From: Squalus acanthias
Taxonomy: Eukaryota
Length of the DNA stretch: 64,000 nt
NCBI GenBank assembly: GCA_030390025.1
Contig: CM059427.1
Span: 28,830,001 to 28,894,000, forward strand
Direction of reading: 5' to 3'
Position numbers and translations under genes: made by a program. Below the pieces are notes generated by a model that was not told the origin of the DNA, did not search any database, and saw nothing but the letters and a program-made list of their open reading frames with translations. Every line of letters starts with the position of its first letter. Position 1 is the stretch's first letter. Positions 1-12,593 of this stretch are shown in pieces.

Positions 1-278
1 ATTTTCATGTATAAACATTCAATTGTCCTGCATGGCACAGCTGATTAAACAAATTGGGGCGGATTTTCCACTTTAGGCGCAATCGGGAAATTCAGCACAA
101 ACTGTGCTGGTTAGGTTACAGTTCAAGTTTCTGCCAAAAATGCATTTGCATAATCACAAATGTAAAATCTTCAATGAACCAGCACTATCGGTCAGCGTAA
201 CAGAACCTAATTGCTTATTTTTGCATTAAAAAATATTCATTGATGTATTTAAAGTGGCAACCTGGTGTAGTTTTATTA

Positions 279-495
279 AATTGAGAGGTCGCACAACACC
301 AGGTTATAGTCCAACAGTTTTATTTGAAATCACAAGCTTTCGGAGCTATCGATTGCTCCTTCCTCAGGTGAAGTAAATTAGATACAGAATCGCCAAAGCA
401 TATATAGATAGAGAACAAAGCATGTGTACCTTACAATTGCAGACCACTAAATTAGATCATCCTGACTATCTGCCGAGGTGTGATAAAGTTAATTA
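279..495 (-). mobile_element. Penelope-like element terminal fragment (family B) with 10-bp TSD
   Basis: Flanked by agttttatta at 269-278 and 496-505; contains a hammerhead motif at 330-371. Confidence 0.7.
330..371 (-). ncRNA. Minimal type-I hammerhead ribozyme motif
   Basis: Minus strand reads tcac-CTGAGGA-a-ggagc-aatcgata-gctcc-GAA-AGCT-T-gtga: CUGANGA and GAAA cores, stem II, stem I tcac/gtga and palindromic AGCU in place of helix III. Confidence 0.75.
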
Positions 496-959
496 AGTTT
501 TATTAGACAGCCGAAAATGTGTTTAATCACAAAAAAGTAGTGTCTAGTCCTCCACCCGAGTAACCCAAATTTAAATCACTGAAAATGACTTTAAAAAACT
601 ATATTGAACGATTTACTAGTTTCATTGGTGTACCCTGTCTATTTTTTTTTTATATATAAAAACTTTTAAAACCTGCCTACGAGTGCCCGTGCGCCTAAGA
701 AAACAAGCTCAAATTGAGACTCCCCTCGAATGGCTGCAAACAGGCCATACTCATTATTTCAATCTTGGGAAGTGGCCAGTTTTGTGGACGGGGCCGGCTT
801 CGGGCAAAATTATTTTTAAACCAGCGATAAAGATTTACGCTTGGCATAACTTATGCTTGAGTTTCCGCGATCTTTTGCGCTGGTTCGGCCGATTTCACCC
901 GGATTGTGCTGATCATACTCAAGTACAATGGGATAGAGTTTGCGCTAGTTTTAACAGAC

Positions 960-1215
960 TGACAGTATTAAATTTCCCATCACTGCTGGTTATAAAAGTC
1001 CTAAATGAAGTTAATTTGGGATAGTCTCCAAACTCATTTTCTAATGTTGCAATAAATTGACAGCTTCATTCAAAGACCACTAGAGACAAATGTGGAAAAT
1101 GAAATGCTCCATTGGGGTAAAAAGGGGTGGTGAAATTGATGCCATGGCACATTATTTTGGCAGGATAGATTCAGCTTTGCCTTGAATCTGACCCGTTCTA
1201 CACCTTACCTTCAGT
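960..1215 (+). mobile_element. Degenerate LF-SINE-like element
   Basis: ctggttataaaagtcctaaatgaagttaatttgggatagtctc and ggcacatt...agctttg resemble the recalled LF-SINE body and the better copy at 50590-50830. Confidence 0.35.
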
Positions 1216-1775
1216 ACAAACATTCACCTATGAAATGTATAAGGTTTCAAAAATCATCTTAAGCCACTTTTATTTTGATCTTTGACTATCAGCTTCTATA
1301 GCCCAGACTCCTGCAGCCACAGTAAGGCAAAATGGTTGAATTTTGTTGAGATTCATCGGTCAGGAAAAACAGTTTTCCTTCTTTGCTTTAGCACTTGCCA
1401 CCAGTCTGACTTTGGCCACTAAATGCACGGCATCAATGCAGTGTGATCTTCAAGGATTTTCAGAATGCCCCTGTTGAAGTCGTTATGTCATCAACAGAAG
1501 AATTGTGGTTGTGCATGTGCAGTGGCCAATTTGACATGGCTGCTGTGTGCGTACCACCTCTTCAAAGCACTTTCTTGCTGGTTCAGATGGAGACTGGTGA
1601 TACAGCTTCAGTGTAAATTCCAGAGAGCAGCTCTCTGAGGCTGCTCTCCCAAGATCTGGCATAGAGTGTAAAAGTGTCTTTTAAAACAGAGGTATTTGGA
1701 GAAATATAAATGCAAGTTCATTTATTCTAACAAAAAATCACGTCCCAAAACTCTGCCAACCAACAAATTAATTTG

Positions 1776-2130
1776 GAAGTGCAATCACTGCAATTGTGTA
1801 GGTAAATGTAGCAGCCAATTTGCACACAGCAAGATGCCACAAACAGCAGGTGAGATAAATGACCAGTTAATTTCTATTTTGATGGTGTCGGCTGAGAGAA
1901 GAATATTGACTAGGACACCAGGACAACTCTCGGCTTCTTCCTCCAAGAGTACTATGAGATTTTTTATGTTCACCTGAGCAGGTAGATGAGGCATTGGTTT
2001 AAGTTTCATCTGAAAGATGCCATCTCCAATGATGCAGCACTCCTTCAGTACTGCACTTATGTGTCAGCCACAAAGTCCTGCACTTGGGCTTAAACAGAGA
2101 TAAGAATGCGACCAACTGAACCAAACTAAC
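1776..2130 (-). mobile_element. Deu-domain tRNA SINE (SacSINE1-like), diverged
   Basis: gcagccaatttgcacacagcaag...tttcatctgaaagatg...gcactccttcagtactgcac, colinear with 46513-46966. Confidence 0.75.
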
Positions 2131-3024
2131 ACAAGAATAATAATAAATGGATGGCAAGGTCACAATCAACATACAGCACATCTCTTTTTTGTCACTCTGC
2201 AGGAATACTCCAAAGTGAAGGTATCTTGATTGCACATTAAAAATAAATTGTATGTGTGAAACGTCCTAACAAAATGAATGAAAGAAAAGGTAATGAACTG
2301 TTAAATGCAGTAACACAGAAGTTTCCACCGATGATACTCTGCACTGAATACACCAAATTGTCTGGGATTTTGGGAAAACCCACACAAATGCCATTTTCTT
2401 TTTAAAAATCATATTTAAGGCTCAAGGTCCAGGATACAAGTAAAGTTTGATACCTCAAAGATAAATCTAAATTAACATTTTCTGTCTTTTGATTTAATAA
2501 ATGTTACTACTTAATGCAGCACCTTCAAAGCAAAGCCATGTCAAAAGAAAAACTATAGTGTCCAGCTGTTGCACATGATTTCTAGGATCCATACATTGGA
2601 TCTCTGTTCGAAGATGAAAGAACTGAAGATGGGTGCGGTGTCAACAGCCACACCTGGAGATATAGTAGCCCTTATTTTACATGTGCATGGAATATTTGAA
2701 AACTGCATACTTATTACATTTACAGGAGACATGAAAGGAACTTTTTAATAGGCCCGGCAAATTGCCCATGCTTGATCTCCCTGAGGAACCCTTTTTTTAA
2801 GTTTACATCATGGCTCCGCATGCATCATATGCTACACTCCTGTGTCAGTGTCTAACTTGTGAGCCAAACAAAAGGACAATTTCAAGAGTCAGACTGCATG
2901 GACAAATCTATGGATGCAAAGTTTCTGTTGTAGTAGTGATCTTAACATTCTCAACCCATCCATCCTCTCCAACTATTGCCTAATCTTTAACCTCCCTTTC
3001 TTCTCTAAGGTTCTCAAATACATC

Positions 3025-3785
3025 GGGCCAAAAATTCGGCCCTTCCCGGGTGAGTACGCACTGTGTACTCACCCGTAAGGCGTCCTGAAGTGCTGGTTTC
3101 CTGCATGCACTGCGCATGCACGGGAAACTGTAACTTCCGGTCTGGTGAAGGGGGCGGTTCATAGGTGAACCGCGTGCGTGGTAGAGGCTGCGCGCACGCA
3201 GCAAACTTAGTTTTTTTTTCAGGTTTCTACGGGAGGGTAAGTATTGAAGAACCTACGCTTTTAAAAAGGAGGCGCAGGGACCCGTTTTCAACAAGGTAAG
3301 TGGTTAATTAAGTATAATTTAAAAATTTTCTCAACAGGTTTATCTTTTTTAGATACTTTAAAGAAAGGTAAGTTTATTTTTAGCACTGTTAAAAAGTATT
3401 TTAATTTTTTCAAAAATTAAAATTTTTGTTTAAAGTAGTTAATTTATTTAACTTAGTTATTTTATAAATGTGATGGTTTTTTAAAAATTTATTTTAAGTT
3501 TAGCTGTTCTTTTGGGGCCGATTTCAATTCATAGATTTGACAGGTCCTGTCAAATCTATGAATGAAAGATGGTCTGCTGCCATTGGCTCTCCATGGCCCA
3601 CGTGATCCCAGGGGACGCATCGCACTAACTACGCCCCTGGGACACACAAGCACTGTGCGCTGGCACTTGGAGCAGGCCCAGGAGCTGAAGTTCCCGTGGG
3701 CCCAGAGGTCAACGGCAGGCGCAGTAGGTAAGTGCGCGCGCGATCCTTACCCCCGCGGCAAGCCGGAGAGGCAAATTTCAGGGCC
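3025..3785. mobile_element. Harbinger-like MITE (family H2) with 3-bp TSD
   Basis: Imperfect TIRs gggccaaaaattc / aaatttcagggcc; flanked by atc at 3022-3024 and 3786-3788; internal hairpins; no ORF. Confidence 0.7.
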
Positions 3786-3799
3786 ATCATCTCCCAAAA

Positions 3800-4123
3800 C
3801 TCCCTATCTGAATTCCTCACAGCACTGAGATGGTCCTGGACAAAATCATGAATGATATCCTCTGTTCACAACTATGGTCTGTTATGCCTCTTTGTCCTCT
3901 CAACAATGTTTGATACGGTGGACCATACTATCCATGAACTTTCCTCTGTTGCCAGCTGTGTGAATCCCCTTGCACAATTCCATTATCTTTCTGAATGGAG
4001 CCGGCTTATCTCCAAAGCAGTCACCTCTGGGGCTCCTCAAGGTTCTACCATTGGCCCCCTCCTCTTCCTCATCTACATGCTGGCCCTCAGCAATATGATT
4101 CACAGGCATGGTGGTCAGCTTCC
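3800..4123 (+). mobile_element. L2 LINE ORF2 (RT) fragment
   Basis: Translates FDTVDH...SGAPQGSTIGPLLFLIYMLALS; L2-like sequence resumes around 5790-6000 and 6415-6720. Confidence 0.75.
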
Positions 4124-5618
4124 ACAGAACTAGCTGCGCCTCTAGCCAAACTGTTCCAGTACAGCTACAACACCTGCATCTATCCGACAATGCGGAAAAC
4201 TGCCCAGGTTTGTTCTGTCCACAAAAAGCAGGACAAATCCAACCTGGCCAATTACCGCCCCATCAGTCTACTCTCAATCATCAGCAAAGTGATGGAAGGT
4301 GTCATCGACAGCACTTGTTCACCAATAACCTGCTCACTGATGCCCAGTTTGGGTTCCACCAAGACCACTCGGCTCCCGACCTCATTACAGCCTTGGTCCA
4401 AACATGGACAAAGGAGCTGAATTCCAGAGGTGAGGTGAGAGTGACTGCTCTTGACATCAAGGCAGCATTTGACAGAGTGTGGCATCAAGGAGCCAGAGTA
4501 AAACTGAAGTCAATGGGAATCGGGGGGAAAACGCTCCACTGGCTGGAGTCATACCTAGCACAAAGGAAGATGGTTGTGGTGGTTGAATGGTCAATCACCA
4601 CAGCCCCAGGACATCGCTGCAGGAGTTCCTCAGGGCAGTGTCCTCGGCCCAACCATCTTCAGCTGCTTCATCAATGACCTTCCCTCCAATATAAGGTCAG
4701 AAATGGGGATGTTCCCTGATGAGTGCAGTGTTCAGCACCATTCACAACTCCTCAGATAATGAAGCAGTCCATGCCCGCATGCAACAAGACCTGGACGACG
4801 TTCAGGCTTGGGCTGATAAGTGGCAGGTAACATTCGCGCCACAGAAGTGCCAGCCAATGACTATCTCCAACAAGCGGAAGTCTAACCACCTCCCCTTGAC
4901 ATTCAACGGCATTACCATCGCCGAATCCCCCACCATCAACATCCTGGGGGGGGGTCACCATTGACCAGAAACTGAACTGGACCAGCCACATAAATACTGT
5001 GGCAACAAGAGCAGGTCAGAGGTTAGGTATTCTGCAGCGAGTGTCTCACCTCCTGACTCCCCAAAGCCTTCCACCATCTACAAGGCACAAGTAAGGAGTG
5101 TGATGGAATACTCTCCACTTGCCTGGATGAGTGCAGCTCCAACAACACAAGAAGCTCGACACCATCCAGGACAAAGCAGCCCGCTTGATTGGCACGCCAT
5201 CCACCACCTTAAACATTCACTCCCTCCACCACCGGCGTACTGTGGCTGCAGTGTACACCATCTACAAGATGCACTGTAGCAACTCGCCAAGGCTTCTTCG
5301 GCAGCACCTCTCAAACCTGCGACCTCTTCCACCTAGAAGGACAAGGGCAGCAGGCGCATGGGAACACCACCACCTCCAAGATTCCCATCAAGTCACACAC
5401 CATCCTGACTTAGAAGTATATCGCCGATCCTTCATCGTCGCTGGGTCAAAATCCTGGAACTCCCTACCTAACAGCACTGTGGGAGTACCTTCACCACACG
5501 GACTGCAGTGGTTCAAGGCGGCGGCTCACCACCGCCTTCTCAAGGGCAATTAGGGATGGGCAATAAATGCTGGCCTTGCCAGCGACGCCCACATCCCACA
5601 AACGAATATTTAAAAAAA
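4124..5618 (+). mobile_element. CR1-group LINE family B, 5'-truncated RT with 3' tail
   Basis: NYRPISLLSIISKVME, ALDIKAAFDRVWH and [10 protein letters not shown]; ends gggcaataaatgctggccttgccagcgacgcccacatccc plus an A tail; frameshifted. Confidence 0.9.
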
Positions 5619-5624
5619 TGGAAA

Positions 5625-5785
5625 AAAAGACTTGCATTTATACATTGCCTTTCACGACCTCAAGATGTCTCAAAGCGCTTCAGAGTCAATTAAGTACCAC
5701 CTTTACGTGTAGCCACTGTTGTAATGTAGGAAACGGGGCAGCCAATTTGTGCACAGAAAGATCCCACAAACAGCAATGTGATAAT
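5625..5785 (-). mobile_element. Deu-domain SINE 3' part
   Basis: aagacttgcatttata...gcagccaatttgtgcacagaaagatcccacaaacagcaatgtgataat matches 46530-46680. Confidence 0.7.
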
Positions 5786-6004
5786 ACTCGCGCTCTCTCT
5801 CCAACGCCTCTCTTCCTTATTAGGAAGGCTGGAACCCAGCATTAACTCCACTCCCTTGTCACTGATCCCATTTCCAATCCCCAGTCACTGGCTCCATGCC
5901 CCAATGTATTAAATTTAAACTTCTTGTCCTCAAGTCTCTCCAAGGCTTTACCCTACTCTATCTTTGCAACCTTCTCCAGCCTTATATCTCCCCCACTTCT
6001 TTTA

Positions 6005-6412
6005 AAGAACATAAGAAATTGGAGCAGGAGTAGGCCATTCGGCCCTTCGAGCCTGCTCCGCCATTCAATGAGATCATGGCTGATCTTCTGCCTCAACTCC
6101 ATTCACCGGCCCTATCGGCATATCCCTTGATGCCCTTACTAGTCAGAAATCTATTGACTTCTGTTTTGAATATACCCAATGACTGAGCCGCCAAAGTCCT
6201 CTGGGGTAGAAAATTCCAAAGATTCACCACCCTCTGTGTGAAGAAATTTCTTCTCATCTCAGTCCTGAATGGCCTACCCTTTATCCTGAGGCTGTGGCCC
6301 CTGGTTCTCCCAGCATCCACCCTATCAAGCCCTGTATCAATCTCTTCTCATACGACAGTCCCGCCGTCCCAGGAATCAATTCTCATGAACCTTCGTTGCA
6401 CTCCCTCTATGG
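6005..6412 (-). mobile_element. CR1 LINE 3' end with internal deletions
   Basis: aagaacataagaaattggagcaggagtaggcc tail; GRPFRTEMRRNFFTQRVVNLWN. Confidence 0.85.
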
Positions 6413-7164
6413 CACTCCCTCCTTTTAGTCCTCCAACTCTGGCCTTTTGTGCATTAATCCCTCCTTTCCATCACCATTGGTGGCAGCACCTGCAGCTACC
6501 TTGGGCATAGTCTCTGGAGCTCCACCACCCCCCCAAAAAAAACCTCTCCTGTCTTTTCTCCTTTAAAAGTCTTTTCAAAACCCAACTTTTCAGCCAGACT
6601 TTGAGTTACGCTCCTCCTAACCTCACCCTTCATGACTCAGCATCCATTTATCTATTTCCTTTTGCCAAGTGCCTGGGGACACTGCTTCTGTTAAAGATGC
6701 TATATGAAAGCAAGTTGTTATATTGGTACTACTGTCTTTGATCTTGTACACAGACTATTGACTTCACACATTATGTGACGATTAAATAAATGCTCCAGAA
6801 ATTCAGGAGCTTTGGATCCAACCTACAGTAAACAATCAAATGTCTGTACTTGTTTCCCCAAGTATATCTGAGAATTAGCCATTTTGTTTTAATGCTCCAC
6901 TGGAGGTTGGGGTTACCAGCTAAAAAAGTTTAAGAGACACCTTGGTTGGTGAGCAGCTGCTCATCTTGACTAATTGGGCAATATTGAATGGCAAGTTTTA
7001 TAGGCTTGGAGCATCTGACACCATTGTCCCAACTATGCCCAAAATCCGTAACAAAATCTTTTCTGGATTTCAGAAGGTGTGTGCAACAAAAAATAATTCT
7101 AGCAATCTCTATTCACGGCCACATATTTCTGATATCTGCAGATCTGACACCTTGATGAAGGAAG

Positions 7165-7535
7165 GAATTTGCATTTATATAGCACCTTTCATGACCGTAG
7201 GATGTCCCAAAGCTCTTAACATTCAATGAAGTACCTTTGAAGTGTAGTCACTTTTGTAATGTAGGGAAATGTGGCAGCCAATTTACACACAGCAAGGTCC
7301 CACAAACAGCAACGAGATAAATAATGAAAGAGTCTTGTTTTTAGTGATGTTGGTTGAGGGACAAATATTGGTCAGGACATTTTGGGAACTCCATTGCCCT
7401 TAGTTGATTAATGCCATGGGATCTTTTACGTTCACCTAAGGTAGTAGACCGAGCCTCGGCTTAATGTCTCATCGGAAAGACTGTACCGCCGACAATATCA
7501 ACCTAGATTATGTGCTCAAGTCTCTGCAGTGGGAC
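7165..7535 (-). mobile_element. Deu-domain SINE
   Basis: Colinear with 46530-46910 (ttgcatttatatagcacctttcatgacc...atgccatgggatcttttacg...tgtgctcaagtctctg). Confidence 0.75.
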
Positions 7536-8106
7536 TACATTAAAGGTGCGATATAAATACAAGTTGTTATTATAAGGTAATTTCATCTCCACAAAACACA
7601 TCTTTTTAAAATTTACAAGGACAACACCTCTATAACTATGTATATATGATAAAATAAATCTCCTTTAATTAAAAATAAAATTTCCAGCAAAGGTTAAAAT
7701 GTAATGCAGGATGGTAGATCTATCTTGCACCTCATCAGTTCAGATGCGACGTTTATACAACAATTTTGTATTAACACTGCATGGTGTCATTCCAATGAAA
7801 AAAACTATTGCTATACTTCAGATTTTTAAAATCTCAATCTTTAATGCAACCTTTAATAGATGCTAGGACTGAAAATTTAACTTTTCTAACCAAAGCGATG
7901 CAGTGGTTACTATAAATGTCATGAAAACAAAACTTCTGAGAGCATTTGGAAGTTTAACAAGTTCAATTTTATCAACCCCGGGTAATTGATGGCAGTATAT
8001 TTCAAAGACCATTTCATTATCAGGAGCCGTAACCAAATAGGAAGTCCAACCTGTGAATGAAACGACATTTCACAAACTCTCATATGAAATAATTTGTAGA
8101 GTTTAC

Positions 8107-8245
8107 CAGTATGTTCCCGCTCCTTGAGATGTCAGATCCATTCCATCTACTGCATTATAATTATCATCATCCATAATTTTTGATAAGCCAAAATCAGTTA
8201 TTTTTATTTCTCCACATGCAGTTCCGTCAACCAAGAGGATATTAC
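8107..8245 (-). CDS. TLK1: Tousled-like kinase exon (139 nt), DFG motif and activation loop
   Basis: atttag|GT AAT ATC...TAC TG|gtaaac = (G)[45 protein letters not shown](W). Across the five exons, YAAVK, DTDT, SIVMQ, ALRY, LVDGT and GMDLT match TLK1 rather than TLK2. Confidence 0.95.
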
Positions 8246-8784
8246 CTAAATGCAAAATTAAAATACCTGTGTTACCTGCATTTTACTTGAATAATTTAAT
8301 AAAGTAAAACTGTTTTTATATTCATCTTTGGCTGTGAGCTACTGTACCGAGTCTCATATAGCTGGCAGCCACATAAAAAAAAGAATCATAGGTTTATTTT
8401 GAAGACTTGCAGTCAGAAATATCAGTTTTTAAAATGTGTCTTTCTAATTATCACCAATCTTCTTAAGGTCTGTAAAAGTGCTGCTCCAACAACAATGTAA
8501 TTTGGTGGTGACATCATAACTCAATGTCATGACATCATGCACACACACTGCTCTTTTCTAGTGTCATCATGGTGTTACTACTCCACGCAAACACACTGGC
8601 CAAAATGTCACAACCAGCCTGTGGTTTGCTTAGAATGCCATACTACAACAGTGCAGCCAGTTTACAGGAATGCTGTAATAAAAGGAAATGAGCACCGCAG
8701 TTACCTCACATTGCCAATACCTTGGCTGCAATGTAAACGCAGTTTAAGTCATTACTAGCTTCCCCTGATCATTTAGAAGGCAAA

Positions 8785-9150
8785 TACGGATGTGGTACTG
8801 AGTCAGCCGAGGAAGGTCCCAGGTTTAATTCCTGGTCTGTGCAGAGTTGACTGATATCAGGCAAAAGAGCAATAAAGGATCTACAACTGGCATCAGCAAC
8901 CCCAGGTGGGGAGCAGCACCTTGCATTTATATAGCGCCCTTAACACAGAAAAACACTTCAAGGTGCTTTGAAGAAGAGGAAGGAAAACATTGGAAAAGAT
9001 AGGGGAATGGACAAAAACAAAATCCAGATTGCTATGCATTGCCCCCTGCTGGGAAGTACAGCTGTGAGGTCCCTGATGGTCAAATAGCTGACCATTACTC
9101 ACTGTCTAGACTTGCACATTAAGAATGGCCACATGTGCATTATAGCAGAG
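8785..9150 (+). mobile_element. Unclassified tRNA-type SINE with an L2-tail fragment inserted at about 8915-9000
   Basis: B-box-like caggtttaattcctggtctgtgc; internal ttgcatttatatagcgccc L2-type tail. Confidence 0.45.
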
Positions 9151-9374
9151 GACTACCAACAAAAGCTGCCATACATTTCAGCATTCATATTCTTTCACTT
9201 TCTGTATGGAATACAGCTTTGGACATTTTTGCAGTTTATTAGGCATCAGTTTCAACTATAAATTGCATTTATTCTAATATTTTAATTAATTGATAAGCCA
9301 TTCCAAAAACCACAAACAGCATATAATGATGTGTCTAATTAAAAAGACCCAAGACATCTGAACATGTCCGGTCA

Positions 9375-9638
<264 letters not shown>

Positions 9639-10910
9639 TCACCAGCACATTATGTAGATTAAAACTTTTTGCTTGGTCTATTTTAACTATACCACTTTTG
9701 AACCATTCTTTGGCGGTTGGCTCCTGTAGCGCAAATCTCCCATAGCTGGTGGCTACATCAACATAAACCGGCCATATTTTTAGACCAAAGACGACAATCC
9801 ATTTTTCAACTGGGTCTTCCTAGCTGTTACCAATCTTAATGGGGGTAGTGTTTCAGTGGCAATGCCAATCCACAAACTTTGTCCATTATTTTGTAGTGAC
9901 ATCATGACGCAGTATCTTCACATCACTACTCTATGCATGTGTACTGCCCAGAATGTCAAACCAGCTTGAGCATGCAAGGAATGTTGGGCCCCCACAATGC
10001 AGCTAGTATATAGGCAGACTGGCTGCATTTTACAAAATAAAATAAATGCGAATGAGCTAAGTTAACACACTCTTGAGACCAAGGCTGCAATATAAAAGCA
10101 CTTTATTTTAAGTAGTTCTATTTAAGTATTGGTAAAACTGCAAGTATTAGTTTTTGCAAGAGACAATTTATTGATTGTGAAAGGAAGGAAACCATACCGT
10201 TAACCTAATGTAGTTTTACTGCCACTTTGAAGATACAAATGGTGAACTTCCAATTTGCCACATATTGCTGTCAATTTTGACAGACCACATCTCTGCTGTA
10301 TAAGCAGCATGGAAGGATGGTTAAATATGGAGGGTTCAGTTGAGGTCCTCAAAGCACCAGAAAACCTCTGCACAGTATGCCTCAAAACTAAACGCACTTT
10401 TACACTCGGGTTGAGGGAAAGCAATATCCGTGCAACATCTTACCCATTTTTTATTTGCTAAACTATGGAACTTTTGTATTCTATACTTCGAGATTAAAAC
10501 AAAACAGATTCGGTTTGGCTTTTTAGGCCGTATCTACTTGCACGGTCACCTTTAATAACCTGTTTATCTGTACATCAAGGCCATCTACACTTAAAATCCA
10601 TTCATTCAAAATGCATTTCCTTTCCCTATTCTTACTGCCAAACTTATTCACATTTATTTATATTGAACTGCATTTGCCCATCCTATGTGCTCCTGCAGCA
10701 GTCCTTCACAATCTTAATCAAAATTTGCTCCCTCTTAATTTGGTGTCACTGGCAAACTTCAACATTGTTCCTTCAAATTCCAAGGCTAGATTACGTGCAC
10801 ATTAATAACAAGTAGTTTGTCTGTGGGCTCCCACCCCACAAAACTTGTACATCAATAAGCAATGTGCATTGCAATTTTTCTTCATTTAATACATCATAAC
10901 TAATGCTAAT

Positions 10911-11622
10911 GGGGTAGTTTCCGCTTTGGGTGCAATCAGTGAAACGGGCACAAATTGCGCCAGTTTTGAAAAGTTTTTTTCCCCTCGAGTTTCCGCTCAT
11001 TCATTGGCATATCACCGAACGCAAAATCTGCCATGAACAAGCGCAATCAGGCAGCGTTTTAAAACATAATTCTAAACAAAAAATTTTGCTTTAAAAAAAA
11101 ATATTCCCTGATATATTTAAGAGTGGTAACGAGGTGCAGTTTGATTAATATAGCTGAAAATAAGCATTTTTAATCAGTGTCAATCCACCACCTGTGAGCA
11201 ACCTGAATTTAAATTACTGAAAAATATATAGAACCACTTGCTAGTTATATTGGGGTACAGCAGTCAGTTTCTTAGTAAATTAAAAACAAAATTAAATTCA
11301 AAAGCTTTCAAAACGTTCCTATTAGCGTTCTTGCAGCTTAATCTTTACAGCCTCCTCAAAGGCCCGCAAACGAGCGCAATTAACGGAAACTCCCAATGGT
11401 GATTAATTCAAACGGGGGGGGGGGGGGGGGGGAGGCATGGCCAGTTTTGTGGGCAGGGCCGGCTTCTAGCTCAAAGTTTTTTAAACTAGCGCAAAAGATC
11501 GCAGAAACTCAATTTGTACTGAACGTAATTTGTGCTTAAAATTCTGCAATTTTTTGCACGGTTACGCCAATTTTGGGTGAATTGCACCGAAAAAACCAGC
11601 GCAAGTGAGTGGTAACTCCAGG
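10911..11622. mobile_element. Non-autonomous DNA transposon (MITE family H1)
   Basis: Imperfect terminal inverted similarity (gtagtttccgct / agtggtaactcc); homologous to 56-912; contains a G run at about 11415-11432. Confidence 0.6.
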
Positions 11623-12319
11623 CTTTGCAAAGGTATGTAACAAATCTCATCAGAAATCTGCACTTGCTTCAACTGACCTGCTACTACACTAATAAATGGG
11701 GTGCTGTAACAGAATGATTACCAACTGGAACCCATCGGGATCAATACCTATCCCATGAAATTCTGTTCAGTAAAACACCATGGCAGTGTTTTGATTTTTT
11801 AAATTTAAAAAAGGCAACACCTTTTTGAAGACATTTATATTTTTTCCTGCTTTATTCAACATGCACCATCAAGGACAGACAAATTGCATACAGGCCTCTA
11901 CCGATGCCACACTATTAAAATTTCATTTCACTACAGCAGGAGAAGCCCCCAGCTTCCCACAAAGAAAATCAAACTGACACGATGTAAGTTTGAATGGGAT
12001 CTGTTAAAGCAATTCTGAACAGAATAATCATAAATTCCTTTTGTACCTACAAACTTATCAAACTAAACTTTGAAATTATGAAGTTTATCTTCCTATTAGT
12101 TTGCCTGTAAAATTAAGATGCTATTTGAGGCTAGTCTTGAGTTAGTTATTTCCCCTTTAGCCTGACTGTCCATGCCACAGGTTCACCATAACACACTCTT
12201 TTTCATATACAAGGGATAAAAAGGTAAGCCACTGATTTCAACTCATATCATGCTGACCTGTTGCTTTTTCAAAAGAATGGAACATATTCATTCTGAAATC
12301 ACAAAGCAGCATATACTTA

Positions 12320-12593
<274 letters not shown>

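Larger units (their letters stand above)
56..912. mobile_element. Non-autonomous DNA transposon (MITE family H1), interrupted by a PLE fragment
   Basis: Colinear similarity to 10911-11620 (e.g. tggccagttttgtggacggggccggctt vs tggccagttttgtgggcagggccggctt; aatttaaatcactgaaaa vs aatttaaattactgaaaa); GC-rich ends and AT-rich core. Confidence 0.6.

Noticed and set aside
7585-7605. Possible next TLK exon (CFV-like tgttttgtgg on minus strand)
   Set aside because: The context does not encode YLPPECFVVGKEPPK; that exon appears to lie left of the window.
11414-11433. Long G runs (also about 31150-31178, and a C run at about 49003-49019) as G-quadruplex elements
   Set aside because: Homopolymer expansions inside repeats, with lengths prone to sequencing error; no independent support.
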